From Mobula hypostoma (taxonomy: Eukaryota), in assembly GCF_963921235.1 (NCBI RefSeq), contig NC_086109.1:25608001-25672000 (forward strand): DNA of 64,000 nucleotides, given 5' to 3'. The notes under the pieces are model-generated. The model was not told the DNA's origin, ran no database searches, and saw only the letters and a list, made by a program, of their open reading frames with translations. The translations under genes and the position numbers were made by a program. Shown piece after piece: positions 47,925 through 62,149 of the stretch (position 1 is its first letter; each line of letters opens with the position of its first letter).

Positions 47925-49150
47925 TGGTCAACTGCTGAGGGATTCTTAAGCCTAGTTAACAAAGGTTCTTACAGATATCTTCAACATCTCTCTGGAACAG
48001 TCCCCTCTCCCCTCAGGCTTCAAGATAGCCACCATCATCCTGGTGCGCAAGAGCGCAACAGTAACCTGCAACAATGACTACTGTCCAGTAGCACTGACCT
48101 CAATAATAATGAAGTGCTTTGAGTGGCTGGTTATGGATCATATTAAATCCCAACATCCTGCTACACTGGGCCTTTTCTAGTTCATTTATCCCTTAAATCA
48201 GTCCACTGATAATGCCATAGCCTCTGTACTCCACTCCATCCTGCCCCACCTGACAACTGGAGCCTCATATGTCCGGATGCTACAAGGGGTGATTGATAAG
48301 TTCGTGGCTTAAGGTAGAAGGAGATGAGTTCATTACATGTACATGCAGTTCAACTCTTTGAGTGATTATACAGAAAGTTTGAAGTTAATAACTCATCTCC
48401 TTCTACCTTAGTCCACGAACTTATCAATCACCCCTGCTGTGGACCACTTCTGGAGGTCCAAGACGCCAGCTTCTACAAAGAAGGGATCCATATGCTCCAC
48501 AAACCCTGAATTAAGTGTGTAAATGTAGGAGGGGACTATGTTGAAAAATAAATGTGCTAGGTTTCCTAAAATTGACTCCTTCTACCTTAGGCCACAAACT
48601 TATCAATCACCCCTCGTATTTATCAATTGCTTATTAGCATTTAATATGGTCATCCCTCAGAATCTAGTGGTCCTCATTGGGTCCCAATACCTCGCTCTGC
48701 AACTGGATACTGGGCTTCTTGACAGAAAGGCCACAGTCAGTCTCTATTGGCAGAAACATCTCTAGCTCCATCACGCTGAGCACCAGCGCTTCCCAGGGCT
48801 GCGTGATCAGACCACTGCTTCACACCTTGCCGATGCATGACTGTACTCTAGATCCAACCCTAACCGAATTGTCAAGTTTGCTGATGACACAACAGTGGTT
48901 GGCCTCAACAACAATGTTGAGATGGTGTAAAGTGGCTGGTAGAACGGTGCAGGCTAAACAATTTGAGTCTTAACTTGGACAAGACCAAAGAGACCAAAGT
49001 GGACTTTAGGAAGGTGAAGGCTGATCATGACCACTCTCACTGCACACACACACTCACAGCTCCTACTTGGAGAGAGTTAGGAGCACCGAGTTTCTGAGTA
49101 TGCACATAACGGCGATCTTACCCAGTTCCACAACACCACCTCTAGTCTGG
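47925..49150 (+). mobile_element. Old Rex1/Babar-type RT fragment, split by a mariner MITE
   Basis: [42 protein letters not shown] remnants. Confidence 0.8.
48283..48616 (+). mobile_element. Mariner-type non-autonomous DNA transposon (MITE) with TA duplication
   Basis: ~41-bp TIRs c(a/g)aggggtgattgataagtt(c/t)gtggc(t/c)taaggtagaaggag; TA at 48281-48282 and 48617-48618; transposase C-terminus FYKEGI.ML...KCVNVGGDYVEK* ending 48551. Confidence 0.9.
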
Positions 49151-50627
49151 GATGACATTCACAGTAAGCAGTCACAAGCTCCCACGGAATGGAACTTGGG
49201 AATGTCTTCCTTTCCCGATTCGCTTCTTTGCTGTGAATGACATTTGCACCAACACAGAATACAGGAGTGTAGGAGAAACCTTCCTTCTTGGTTCTGCCCA
49301 TTATATGACCTTATTGTGGACAAGGCAAGGGATATGTTTACTATACATAGAACATCCAATTTTGAAATAAGGCAATTTAACAGACGAATCACTTTAAGGT
49401 TGTGGAGCTGCCATTGAAAGCGGGTCTCCACTTTGAATTAAAGCTCTTTCTGTTTCCCGATTTGACAAATCTTTTCCAGCGACCTCCCAGTGACCTCATT
49501 CAGGAAGTCATTACTACTGCTCCTGAGTGACCTGGTGAATGAGCCTGTTTCTGACTCTAATCAGTGACATGAGAGAAATAGATAAACACACAGCCTCTGT
49601 CCATTAAAAAAACACTACTTTTCACATCACAAAATTCATGATTCCTTCAGCTTTTTACTTCCCATTATCTGACTATCATTCTTGAACTGCCAAACATTTA
49701 CTTTTTCCCTTCCTTTGGATTGGTGGCCAGCATTAGCATCTACTTCCAATAAAAAGAGAAAAAGATAAATAATGGAAAGGTAATAATATATCAAATATTA
49801 GGAAAACATCTGCTCAAAATATAACAGATGTTAACATTTGTGTTTTAAAATGACAAGGTATAAAGACTCGAAAATGTCTGTGACAAACTTAAAGTTTATT
49901 ATTGCAAGAATAATATTGAGGCTAATAAGTAAACTAGAAGTCCAATCAGTTTACTAAATACTTCCTTAATGTTCACCTATTGATATATCTTTTAATTCTG
50001 ATCAGAAGACAGGACAATAAAACAGCAGAATCAGAACAGAATCAAGTGAAGAATTTAATGGATTTAATATAGATTTCTAGAAACAGAGTTAAGTAGCACA
50101 AGAGGCCATTCAGTGCATTGAGTTTTTTGAGGCTATTATTAAATCCAACTATCCCATCATATTAATCTGGACCTTCTAGATATTGGACTTTCAATCCTGG
50201 GAACAATCTCTTTGTTTATTCTTTTGAAAACTTCATGATTTAAGCATTTTTACCATTTTTTCTTATGCCATCTATTCTCCAATGAGATTAACTCCACCTT
50301 CCCAATCTATCCACATAATTGTCATCCCTCTGTCCTTAAGCCATTGTGGTATTTTTTTTCCTGTACTTCTTCAAAGCTTACATCTCTTTCCCTGCCCAGA
50401 ATTAAATGTAATGTTTCAACCAAAATTAAGCTAATACCTAAACAGATTTAGCGTAACTTGTGAGTTTTGAACTCTTTGCCTGTAGTTGTAAAGGTTACTG
50501 ATATTAACATTTGCTAACCTGCCCTGTCATCTTTAAAGAATTATGCAAAAACTTACTAGATCTCTTCTGTTTTGATGCTCTATTTGAGTGAGCTAAATGG
50601 ATACATATGTTGTGGTTTGGAGACAAT

Positions 50628-50944
50628 TCTCTACCAAAGGAGGCATAGGGCACTTCTCTCCCTTTGCTAGGCTGCAAGTCACCCTTCAGCAAGATGTAGC
50701 CCCCATCGATTCAGATCACATGAAGCCAAGGGAGCGGGTGGTGGATGGTCATATGAGCAGCTGGTGAATATACAAGCCCTAGTTTTGCGACCACTGTCAC
50801 CAGGCAAACAATATCTGAAGAATATTGATAATGGCTAGGGTCACCCATCCTGTAAAGACTTCTATAGAAAAATTTGTCAAGATCAATCATGGTCATGAGA
50901 CTATGGTCATCCGCATCATATGACCCAGCACATAATGATGATGA
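50628..50944 (+). mobile_element. Putative RTE-derived SINE-like repeat with (TGA)n tail
   Basis: Ends 'ttctatagaaaaatttgtcaaga...catggtcatg...cataatgatgatga', an RTE-type 3' tail. Confidence 0.45.
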
Positions 50945-51504
50945 AATAGATACAAATAGAATTTAGTATGGAAAAGTGGACCTTAATGATAGATGAAGGT
51001 ATATTTTAAAAGGTGAGAACTTTGGAATTAGAACACAGCACAATACAGGTCCTTTGGCCTACGATGTTGTTCTGAACTTTTAACCAGCCTAGCCCTTCCC
51101 TCACACATAGTCCTCCATTTTTCTTTCATCCATGTACCTAAAAGTCTCTTAAATATCCCAAATGCATCTGACTCTACCACCACCCCCAGCTGTGCATTCC
51201 TCCAATTGTGAAGAAGCATGTACAAAACTCACTAACTGATAGTGAATAAGTGCAGCAAATAATTTCATAAGAGTCTGCAGATGTTGTAATCTAGAGCAAA
51301 CATTAAGTTGTTGAGGGAACTCCGCAGCTCAAGCAGCACTTGTGGAGAGAAGGAATTATCAATATTTCAGGTCAAGACCTTGCAGCAGGGTCCTGAAGCA
51401 GGGCCTCAAGCCAAAATGCTAGCAATTCCTTCCATCCACAAGTGCTGTTCGACTCACTATTCCTTCAGCAGTTTCCTTTATTGCATTTGATTTGATGGAC
51501 TAAG

Positions 51505-52790
51505 TGATTCCCCCATATGACTCCCTTGTCCGTTCGTCCCTCCCCACTGGTCTCCCTCCTGGCACCTATCTCTGTGAGTGTGACCAGTGCTACACCTCCT
51601 TCTTAACCACCATTCAGGGCCCCAACAATCCTTCAGGTGAGTTGACACTCGCCCATGAGCCTGTTGGGATCAGTTACTGTATCTGATGCTCCTGGTGTGG
51701 CCTCCTCAACATCAGGGACACCTGACTCACAGTGGGGGACTGCTTTTCAAGCAGCTTCATTCTGTCTGCCACAAAAGGGGGTATTTCATGGTAGCTACCC
51801 ATTTCCGTTCGTTTCCCGTTCCAACAAATTGGTCAATGGCCTCCTCTACTGCCACGACGAGGCCAGACTCAAGTTGGAGGAACAACACCTCATATTTAAG
51901 TTGTTTAACCTCTAAACTGATGGAATGATCATTAATTTCTCTAACTTCTGGCAATTTCTATCCCCTCTCCCTTCTCTCATTTTCCATTCCCCATTCTGGC
52001 TCCCCTCTTAACCCTTCCCTTCTCCTCAACTACCCACCACCACCCTCAGATGCTTCTCCTGCTCCAACAAAGGCACTAGCCTCCTAGCATCAAGGACATC
52101 TTCAAGAGGCAATGCCTCAACGAGGCAGCATCCGTCATTGAGGACCACCAACACCCAAAACGCCTGCTCTTCTCATTGCTACCACCAAGGAGGAGATACA
52201 GGAACCTGAAGACCCACTTTTAAAGTTTCAGGAGCAGCTTCTTTCCCATTGTTAGCAGATTTCCAAATGGAGAACAAACCCACATACACTACCTCACTGT
52301 TGTTTTCCTTTTTTTTTGCTCTGTTTTTGCATTACTTATTTAATTTTAATATATATTCCATATTGTAACTTACAGTTTTTAAAATTATATATTGCACTAC
52401 TGCCACTGCAAAACAACATATGCCAGTGATATTAAACCTGATACTGATTCTGATTCTGGTCCACTGACCTCTCCCAGCAGATTCCTTCTTCTTCTTCAGC
52501 CCTTTACCTCTTCCACCTATCACCTCACAGCTTCTTACATCGCCCCCCCACCCACCCACCTTCCCCCTCAGCTGTAAACCTATCGCCTCCCAGCATGTGC
52601 TCAATCCTCTGCCTCCCACCATCTTATTCTGGCTTCCTCCCCCTTCTATTCCAGTCCTGATGACAGACCTGGGCTCAAAATGTCAACCGTTTATTCCTCT
52701 CCATAGACGCTGCCTGGCCTGCTGAGTTCCTCCAGCACGTTGTGTATGTTTCTCAAGATTTCCAGCATCTGTAGAACCTCTTGTGTTTTG
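51505..52790 (+). mobile_element. Old PLE 3' fragment (GIY-YIG remnant) split by a Rex1 3' end (~52075-52458)
   Basis: DSLVRSSLPTGLPPGTY.C, NGLLYCHDEARLKLEEQHLIF; decayed hammerhead (CTGATGA at 52657-52663). Confidence 0.8.
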
Positions 52791-53499
52791 GTGGGCCAGT
52801 CATTTCCTAATGAAGGGTCTCAGGCCAAAACGTCGACTGTTTACTCTTTTCTGTAGATGCTCCCTGACCTTCTGAGTTCCTCCAGCATTTTGTGTGTGTT
52901 GTTAGTAATTTCTTTTTCCTTTTACCTCAGGAAAACAAAAATATAAAAGAATAAATGAAATGTTGCAGCTTTATGGACCATTTTCAAACCAAATTTGGAT
53001 TTCTACAGTCATTTCTGAGCTACAGACTGTGGAAATGGTACATTGGACCAGTAGGGGATATAGTACATGTTCTCAGACAGAGAATTGATTCATAATGTGC
53101 ATTCCCCTTAAACATCCAAAATAAGCTGTTAATCTATTTGAAGATTTTAAGGTATTCATAGAAATTAGCGAAACAGACAGTAAAGGTGGAAGTTGGACTA
53201 ACAACCTCAAACTTATAACTGATAACATTTTTGCTACCTTTATGCTTCCAAGATTATGCTGATAAGCGGCAACTCTTTGCACATAGTTGTAATGGGAAAC
53301 ATCAAATATTCCCATTTAGGATTACTACAGCTGAAATCCACAGTCTCAGCCAGGGGTACTTCAGTAAGCAACATCTTTTTAAGATCGTTTTTAAAAATAG
53401 ATCGATACTCAAAATCAGCTGACCCCAGACAATATAAACTCAGATCATGAGTGCAGTTCCCCTTTAAGAAAGAGGAATTGTGAGGGGCAAGCCAGTTCA

Positions 53500-56198
53500 T
53501 AGGTACATTTGAAAATGCAGAGCCTTTCAATTCCCACTCCTGACTATCGGGGTGGTGAATGTACAGTCTCTGGAAAATAAAATTGAAGACCTCAGAGCAA
53601 GATTGCTGTACCAAAGGGACATCAGGGATTGCTATATACTTTGCTTCACAGAAACGTAGCTCACCTGCCCCCCATTTCTGATGCAGCGCTGCAGCCTGAG
53701 GGCTTCACCATCCACTGAAAAGACAGGACAACTGAGGCTGTTAGAAGTAGAGGAGGTCGAGTATGCTTTCTGAATAACTCATCACGCTGTACAGACATGA
53801 CGATTCTCTGGCAATCCTGCTCACCTGGCCTGGAACACCTAGCGGTCAAGTGTTGTCCATTTTATCTGCTGATGGTGTTTTCTTTTTCCCCCCATCATCA
53901 TCGTAGCAGCGTACATTCCACCTCAGGCAAGCACTGGATGAGCTGAACACCATGACTAACAGTCACCAAGCAGCGCAACCTGATGGATTCCATATCATTG
54001 TCGGACACTCCAAGCAGGCCAGCTTGAAGAAGTCTCTGAACAGCTATCTCCAGCATATCACTTGTGGAGCCAGAATGCTTCACCACTGTTCTACCACCAT
54101 CAAGAAGACTTGTTGTGTCATCCCATGGCCATACTTTGGGAAGTCCGATCACTCAGCTGTAATTCTACTCCCAGTGTGTAGGCAGAGACTAAAGACCCTA
54201 GCACCTGTGGTGAGGATGAAGAAAGTATGGTGAAGAAAGGTGGAGGAGGACCCACAGGATTTTGAGTCAGTAGATGGACAATATTCAAGGATTCCCCTTC
54301 GAATCTGAATGAATACCTGTGTCTTTGACAACATACCGAAACCATAAGCCTTGGGTGAACCAGGAGATTTGTAGCCTACCAAGGGCTAGGTCTGTGGTAT
54401 TCAAGACTGGTGATCCAGAACTATATGAGAAATCCAGGTACGACCTATGGAAGGCTATTTTAAAAGCAAAAAAACAATTCCATTGAAGTTAGAGACAGAA
54501 TCGGATGCACATCAGCTCTGGCAGGGTTTGTAGGCATTACTTCTTACAAGGTGAAACCGAACATCATGAACGGCTGTGATGCTTTGCTCCCAGATGAGCT
54601 CAATGCCTTTTATGCACACTTTGAAGGGGAGAATAAAACTATACCCGTGCAAGGTCCTGCAGTATCTGGTGATGCCGCCAGTCCTGTCTCGGAGGCCAAT
54701 GTCAGAACATCTCTCAAGAGGGCAAACCTTCTCAGTGTCAGGCCCTGACGGCGTAACTGGTAGACACTGAAAATTTGTGCTAACCAACCAGCGAAGATGT
54801 TGAAGGACAGCTTCAATCTCTCACTGCTGCAGTCAGAGGTTCCACCTGCTTCAAAAGGGCAACAGTCACATCAGTGCCCAAGAAGAGCACTGTAAGCTGC
54901 TTCAGCAACTATCACCCAGTTGCACTTCATCTACTGTGATGAAGTGCTTTGAGAAGTCAATCAGGCCAGAATCAACTCTGGCCTAAGCAAGGACGTGGAC
55001 CCATTGCAATTTGCCTATCACCTCAATAGGTCTACAGTGGATGCAATCTCACTGGCTCTCCACTCGGCCTTGGTTCACCTGGACAGTAGTAATGCCTACG
55101 TCAGGCTGCTGTTTATTGGTTACAGCTCAGCATTCAACATAATCATGTTCTCAGTTCTAATCAACAAGCTCCAAAACCTGGACCTCTGTACCCCCTTCTG
55201 GAAATGGATCCTTGACTTCCTCACCGGGAGACCATAGTCAGCATGGATTGGAAATAAGATCTCCTCCATACTGACAATCAACACTGGCACACTTCAACGA
55301 TGCATGCTTAGCCCACTGCTCTGCTCTCTCTATTCCCATGACTGTGTGGTTAGTCACAGCTCAAACATGACATATAAATTTGCCGATGACTCTATTGCTG
55401 GCAGAATTTCAGTTGGTGACAAGAAAGCGTACGGGAGTGAGCTGGTTGAAATGGTGTTGCAGCAACAGCTTGCATTGAATGTCAGTAAGGAGGAATTGAT
55501 TGTGGATTTCCTGCAAATGGAAGTCAAGGGTACACAGACCAGTCTTCATTGAGGGATGAGCCATGTAAAGGGGGAGTAATTCATGTTCCTGGGTATTGAC
55601 ATCCCTGAACATTTATCTTGGGTCCAACAAAATGATGCAATTACAAAGAAGGCATGACAACATCCATATTTCATTAGGAGTTTGAGGAGACTTCGTATTT
55701 CACCGAAGACTCTCAGAAATTTCTACAGATGCACTGTTGAGAGCAGTCTAACCGATTGCATCACCATCTGAGATGGAGGAGCCAGTGTACAAGATCAGAA
55801 AAAGTTGTAGGAAGGTGCAATCTCAGTCACTTCCATCCCGCATGGGCACTAGTCTCCCCTGCATTGAGGACACCTTCAAAAAGCATTGCCTCATGAAAAA
55901 CTCCCATCACCCAGGACGTGCCCTCTTCTCATTGCTACCATCAAGGAGGAGGTACAGGAGCCTAGAAATACTCACTCAACATTTTAGGAATAGTTTCTAC
56001 CCCTCCGCTGTCAGATTACTGAAGGGACAAGTGAACACATGAACACTACCTCAATTTTTTTAATTTTCTTTTTGCACTACTTATTTAATTTAACTTATAT
56101 ATATATTTATTAGTTATAGTTTTTTAATTATGTTTTGCAGTATACTGCTTCTGCAAAACAACACATATGCCAGTGATATTAAACCTGATTCTGATTCT
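53500..56198 (+). mobile_element. Near full-length decayed Rex1/Babar-type LINE (AP endonuclease + RT)
   Basis: NVQSLENKIEDL...CFTET endonuclease start, FGKSDH, DPLQFAY..NRST.DAI...YVRLLFI.YSSAFN, KFADD; tail 'gatattaaacctgattctgattct'. Confidence 0.88.
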
Positions 56199-56996
56199 AA
56201 TAAATGGCTACAAAACTGAGCTGAGCAAATAATGTTAAAGTACAGTCGTCCATGGTCAAATTCAATTGTCCTGAGGTGCTGAATATCTTGCAGCTGTTCC
56301 TGTGATGTAGGGTACGAGACAGGCAAAGGCCAACACACAAAATAATTGGTTGAATTTTCAGAGATGAAATTTCAGTGGGACCACATTCATTCCCAACTGT
56401 GATGTTCTGACTTTCCTAACTCTCCTAATAAAGTTTTGGAATAATGTCTCCCACAGCAGGACTTTCCAGGACTGTTCTTGTGTGTTTCTATCTTGGAGAC
56501 GTGATAATCTGCATAGAACCTAACATAAAAATAGCCTATTAAGATAAATAGCACTGGTGTTTACACTCTGCACAAACCTCCTTTTCATCTTTACAGAGTA
56601 CTGCCATGTTAGATTAAAGCACACAGTAGTGAAATCTTCAAAGATAACTGATATACTGTAATCTTTTAATATGAAATGTCTTAAAATCAAACAGCTGCTA
56701 TGCCATTCCAAGCTTAACTGTAAAGTTAATGCCTTCATTGAAACAAAAGACAATAAACGGTTTGGAAAATGCATTAAGAACTTGTGCATTAACATAATCA
56801 AACTTACATAGTCAGAGTCTGAGCAGGAGCACGCAGTATCAATATAGAATATTTAAATCAATACAGTGTTGTTGGATTCATACCGAAGCAATGGATTAAT
56901 GCATAATTATTGATCAAAATGGGACCACTTGTTCATTCATTGGATCTATATGGACCTATTAGCTCAACATACATCCTTGAATCTCTACAGTAATGA

Positions 56997-57640
56997 AAGT
57001 TCAAGATTCAAAGTAATTTTTATTATTGAAGTACATATATGTCACTATATACAACCCTGAGATTCATTTTCCTGTGCGCATACACAGCAAATCTATAAAA
57101 TAGTAACTGTAACAGGACCAGTGAAAGATCAACACGAGTGCAGAAGACAGCAAACTGCGCAAATGCAAATATAAATAAATAGCATTAGATAATGAGATAA
57201 AGACTCCTTAAAGTGAGATCATTGGTTGTGGGAACATTTTAATGAATGGGCAAGTGAGTATAGTTATCCCCTTTTGTTCAGGAGCCTGCTGATTGAAGGG
57301 TAGTAACCATTGTTGAACCTGGTGATGCGAGTTCTGAGGCTCTTGTACCTTCTACCTGATGGCAGCGGCAAGGTGGTGGGGATCTCTGACGATGGATGCT
57401 GCTTTCCTTTGACAGTATTTCATGTAGCTGTGCTCGGTGGTCGGGAGGGCTTTACCCATGACATACTGGGCAGGATCCGTTACCTTTTGAAGGATTTTCT
57501 TTTCAAAGGGCTTTGGTGTTTCCATACCAGGCTGTGATGCAGCCAGTCTGTACACTCTCCACTACACATCTATTTGTTAAAGTTGTAGACGTCATGCTGA
57601 ATCTCCATGGACTCCTAAGGAAGTAAGGTGCTACCGTGCA
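56997..57640 (-). mobile_element. Rex1/Babar-type 3' fragment
   Basis: Homologous to 13436-14700 and 44200-44780; ORF 57352-57555. Confidence 0.8.
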
Positions 57641-57659
57641 ATGAGATTATTGAATGATA

Positions 57660-59075
57660 CTAGACACTAGACACTAGAATACTACAGCACAGTACAGGCC
57701 CTTCACCCCTCGATGTTGTGCCGACCCATATATTCCTTAAAAAAAAGTACTAAACCCACACTACCCCGTAACCCTCTATTTTTCTTTCATCCATGTGCTT
57801 GTCCAAGAGGCTCTTAAATACCCCTAATGTTTTAGCCTCCACCACCATCCCTGGCAAGTCATTCCAGGCACCCACAACCCTCTGTGTAAAAAACTTACCC
57901 CTGATGACCCCCCTAAACTTCCCTCCCTTAACTTTGTAAATATGCCCTCTGGTGTTTTGCTACTCGTGCCCTGGGAAACAGGTACTGGCTATCCATCCGA
58001 TCTGTGCCGCTCATAATCTTGTAGACCTCTATTAAGTCCCCTCTCATCCTTCTACGCTCCAAAGAGAAAAATCCCAGCTCTGCTAACCTTGCCTCATAAG
58101 ACTTGTTTTCCAATCCAGGCAACATCCTGGTAAATCTCCTCTGCACCCTCTCCATAGCTTCCACATCCTTCCTATAATGAGGTACAGAACTGAACACAAT
58201 ACTCTAAGTGTGGTCTCACCAGAGATTTGTAGAGTTGCAACATGACCTCTCTACTCTTGAACTCAATCACCCTATTACTGAAGCCTAGCATCCCATAGGC
58301 CTTCTTAACTATCTATCAACCTGTGTAGCGACCTTGAGGAATGTATGGATTTGAACCCCCTCTGTTCATCCACGCTCTTAAGTAACTGACCATTAACCCT
58401 GTACTCAGCTTTCTGGTTTGTCCTTCCAAAATGCATCACCTCACACTTATCCAGATTGAACTCCATCTGCCACTTTTTTGCCCAACTCTGCATCCTGTCT
58501 ATATCCTCTTGTAACCTTCAACAACCTATAGCTCCATCCACAACTCCTCCAATCTTCGTGTCATCCACAAACTTACACATCCATCCTTCTGCCTCTTCAT
58601 CCAGGCCATTTATAAAAATCACAAAGAACAGGGGTCCCAGGACAGATCCTTGTGGCACTCCACTAGTCACCGACCTCCAGGCAGAATACTTTCCTTCCAC
58701 TACTACCCTCTGCTTTCTTCCTGTAAGCCATTTTTTTTTTATCCAAACAGCCAAGGTTTCACTAATCTCATGCCTCATGACTTCCTGGATGAGTCTCTCG
58801 TGGGGACCTTGTCAAATGCCTTGCTAAAATCCATGTAGACCACAACTACTGCCCTACCCTCATCAATTTATTTTGTTACCTCTTCAAAAATCTCAATTAG
58901 GCACGTGAGGCACGACCTTCCCTTCACAAAGCAATGTTGACTATTCTTGAGTAGACTGTAATTCTCCAAATGCTCGTAGATCATATCCTTAAGAATCCTT
59001 TCCAATAGTTTGCAGACCACCGTAGGACTCACCGGTCTATAGTTCCCAGGATTCTCCCTATTACCTTTTTTAAGC
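57660..59075 (-). mobile_element. CR1-type LINE fragment (RT region)
   Basis: PGNYRPVS, SGVPQGSVLGP, KFVDDTKIGG, RRMRGDLIEVYK; (TCTAGTG)n tail. Confidence 0.92.
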
Positions 59076-61845
59076 AAGTCATTGCATCTGCACAGAATCA
59101 GTAAATCCATGGAGCATTATTAGGTCAAAACAGGATTACTGGCTCAGTTTGTGATCATTGTATCAATATACTCATTAGATTATATGGGAATAATGGGATC
59201 AGGTCAAGATTATCGGATAAATGCAAACTCATTAGATTATTACCATATTTTAGATCAAACCAGGATCAACACTTATTATAGGATCAAAGCGTAGTTTTTG
59301 TATTAATGCAAAATTACGTGGCAATGTAAAATCTTTGATTCAATACATGGACCAAAGAAAAATCATTGGACAAATATGAAATCATTCAATCGGTGAAAGA
59401 TACGTCAGTTCAATAAATTGATGTGGGATCTACAAATGAATGGTGACTTGTTGGATCATTGCTGAGAAATTGGATCAGTTTTGAATTGCTAAAACCTTAG
59501 AGTATCTGAAAATGTTATAAGGTACATGTTACAGCATTTAATGAAATCAGGGAAGAGTAGAAAGAGAAAAAGTGGGGGAGGGAGGATAAAATTCAAGACA
59601 GTAAAACATATTCTGCTTTCCACAGCAGTATTTCATTTCATTTTCAGTTGGAATGCCAAGACAGACAGTTAGGCTGAAAGGCAGTCAGAGGTCAATTCAA
59701 TTACCTCAGGAGCTCAAAGACTGCAGACAGTTAATTCAATGCTGGATTATTTTTGTGGCATTGCACAGTATCTTTCCATCAGAGGGAACCATGCTTGTTA
59801 TGGTTCAGTCTGACTGGCAGATGTTAGCCTGAGGGGTCATGGGGGAAGAAGGCAACAGTGGAAGTAGTTAAATGAAAAAAAATTCTGAGGCAGGCCTTTG
59901 ACTGACAAGGTGCGGGCATGCTGAATTATTGTGGCGTGGCTCAGTACTGACCTCTCGATGGTCGTTAGGTCAATGTTCCTCTCACCATGTTCAGACATAG
60001 GTTTGAATGAAATGCAGGCACATTTTATGATATACAGAGCATTTTTGATAACATTAATGCACAGCCCAAATCCCTCCACACTAGTCATTTTCCGTAATGA
60101 ATTTTATGGGAATATAAATCCAGATATTGCTGCATTTTCGAGCACAGACTGCATGGATCACAGTGTGTATATTGGAATTTATCAGAGAACAGACATTATA
60201 TTGTGTTACTTTCAGAGTATAGCTTACATATTGTAGTTTCTTAAAGCCAAACCTACAATTTGAAGTCTGTTAGGTTACAGTTCACATATTGTTGTGTATT
60301 AGGTAACAGCCTGAATAATGTTATGATACACATATATTTTTATGACTGCACCATCTACATGATTTACTCTATTAAAATGTAGTCTGTATTACTTTATTGC
60401 TTTGTACTTCATTGTCGCCAAACAATTGATACTAGAACGTACAAACATCACAGCGATATATTGCCGTGTATATAGATATACTACACAAACTGTAGTCTCT
60501 GAGAAAATATTAGATGCTCTGATATTATGCATTTGAGCACGGATCATGCATTGTTGTATATCAAGTTATTGTTCATATTGTGCAGCCTTAACAGAATGCA
60601 GAATAGATTTTGCCCTGTGGCAGAACACAGCCTGTATAATCAGTCAAGTAGTGCACAGTTTACTTATTGCTGCGAATTTCAGAAAATGCTGGAGGAACTC
60701 AACAGGTCAGGCTTCATCTATCGAGAGAAATAAATAGCCAACATTTCAGACTGAGGTTCTTCATCGGGACATTTCTCAGGATGAGTCTTATTCTTGTGTA
60801 GTTGCAACCCAAATGGTGAAGTTGTTTTACAGTTGCACAATGCAGCTAGAGGGTAAGAGTATTGTGACTCAGCTACAATAAACAGTGGTATATTTCCAAG
60901 TCAAAATGATGACCATGTCATTGAGAGCAACTAGTAATCAGTGGTGTAATCAAGTACCTGTAATTCTTGTATTACTGGTTGGTGCATGTTAGTGCTTTAG
61001 GAGATGCTCTTGGAAAAACTATGCTCCAGTAAGAAGCTCCAGGTCATATGCTGATAATATATGTTGCGACTGCGGGGAAGTCATACCATTGCTGAGATCC
61101 AGAAAGGGCATTTCAAGATAGCAAAGGAATTCACAGGATGAAACCCGGGTGTAAATCTTTGTGAAATTTCCTTTAAGCATCTGTGCTCTGGATTGTTTTG
61201 CACATGGACAGTCCTCTACTGACTTCTAACACCTGCAATGAAGTGAATGAAAATCTCACAAAAGGCATCCATACATGTATTAGGTAACATGGAGTGTGTC
61301 AGAGTCATCCATATTAAATGTATGGTTGAATTTGGAATAAAATAGATGAATTTGTTAATTCCTTGGTATTTAGTTCTGTAGAAATGCTATCATGCAGTGC
61401 AAAAAATTATCATGCTAAATTATCTTATTTCTTAGTAATTATATGTGAGTGTATGTGTATGTTTTCGTAAATACAATTATGTTCGTAATTGGATATGTTT
61501 CTTTACGTGGAGGGCAGAGTTTAGATATGTCTAAGTATGTCTTTTGTGCTGGAACTTGCTTGTGGATATTCACAAGAATAAGTGAATGGGTGCAGTTGTA
61601 TTTAATTATGTATGGGAATGTCTGAATAAGTACTTATTTCTCCTGTAATTAGAAATTGGTCGTAGCTGATGATATTTAATAAAAATAGGGCTGGGTTTCA
61701 ATTGGGTCATTTGCATGCTGAAAGATCAAATTTAGTACTCTCAGACTCTAGAAGTCTTGTAAAATTTACCACATACAGTTCCTAGGCTTAAATATATCTC
61801 TGTAGTTGTTTTTCAGAAATCAAATTGCAATAATATGAGTATAGG

Positions 61846-62149
61846 GCATCCGTTAGTCTTGCGAGACCATGGATCTGCGCCTGGAAAGTCTTCACTCTCC
61901 ATGGCGCAGGCCTGGGCAAGGTTGTATGGAAGACCAGCAGTTGCCCATGCTGCAAGTCTCCCCTCTCCACAACACCGATGTTGTCCAAGGGAAGGGCATT
62001 AGGACCCATACAGCTTGGCACCGGTGTCGTCACAGAGCAATGTGTGATTAAGTGCCTTGCTCAAGGACACAACATGTTCCCTCGGCTGGGGCTAGAACTC
62101 ACGACCTTTGGGTCGCTAGTCCAATGCCTTAACTATTTGGCCATGTGCC
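61846..62149 (-). mobile_element. tRNA-derived SINE with CORE/Meta-like middle and RTE-derived body
   Basis: Minus strand: tggccaaatagttaaggcattggactag...gtgagttctagccc head; 'ttgtgtccttgagcaaggcacttaa' central motif; body homologous to 47168-47300. Confidence 0.7.
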
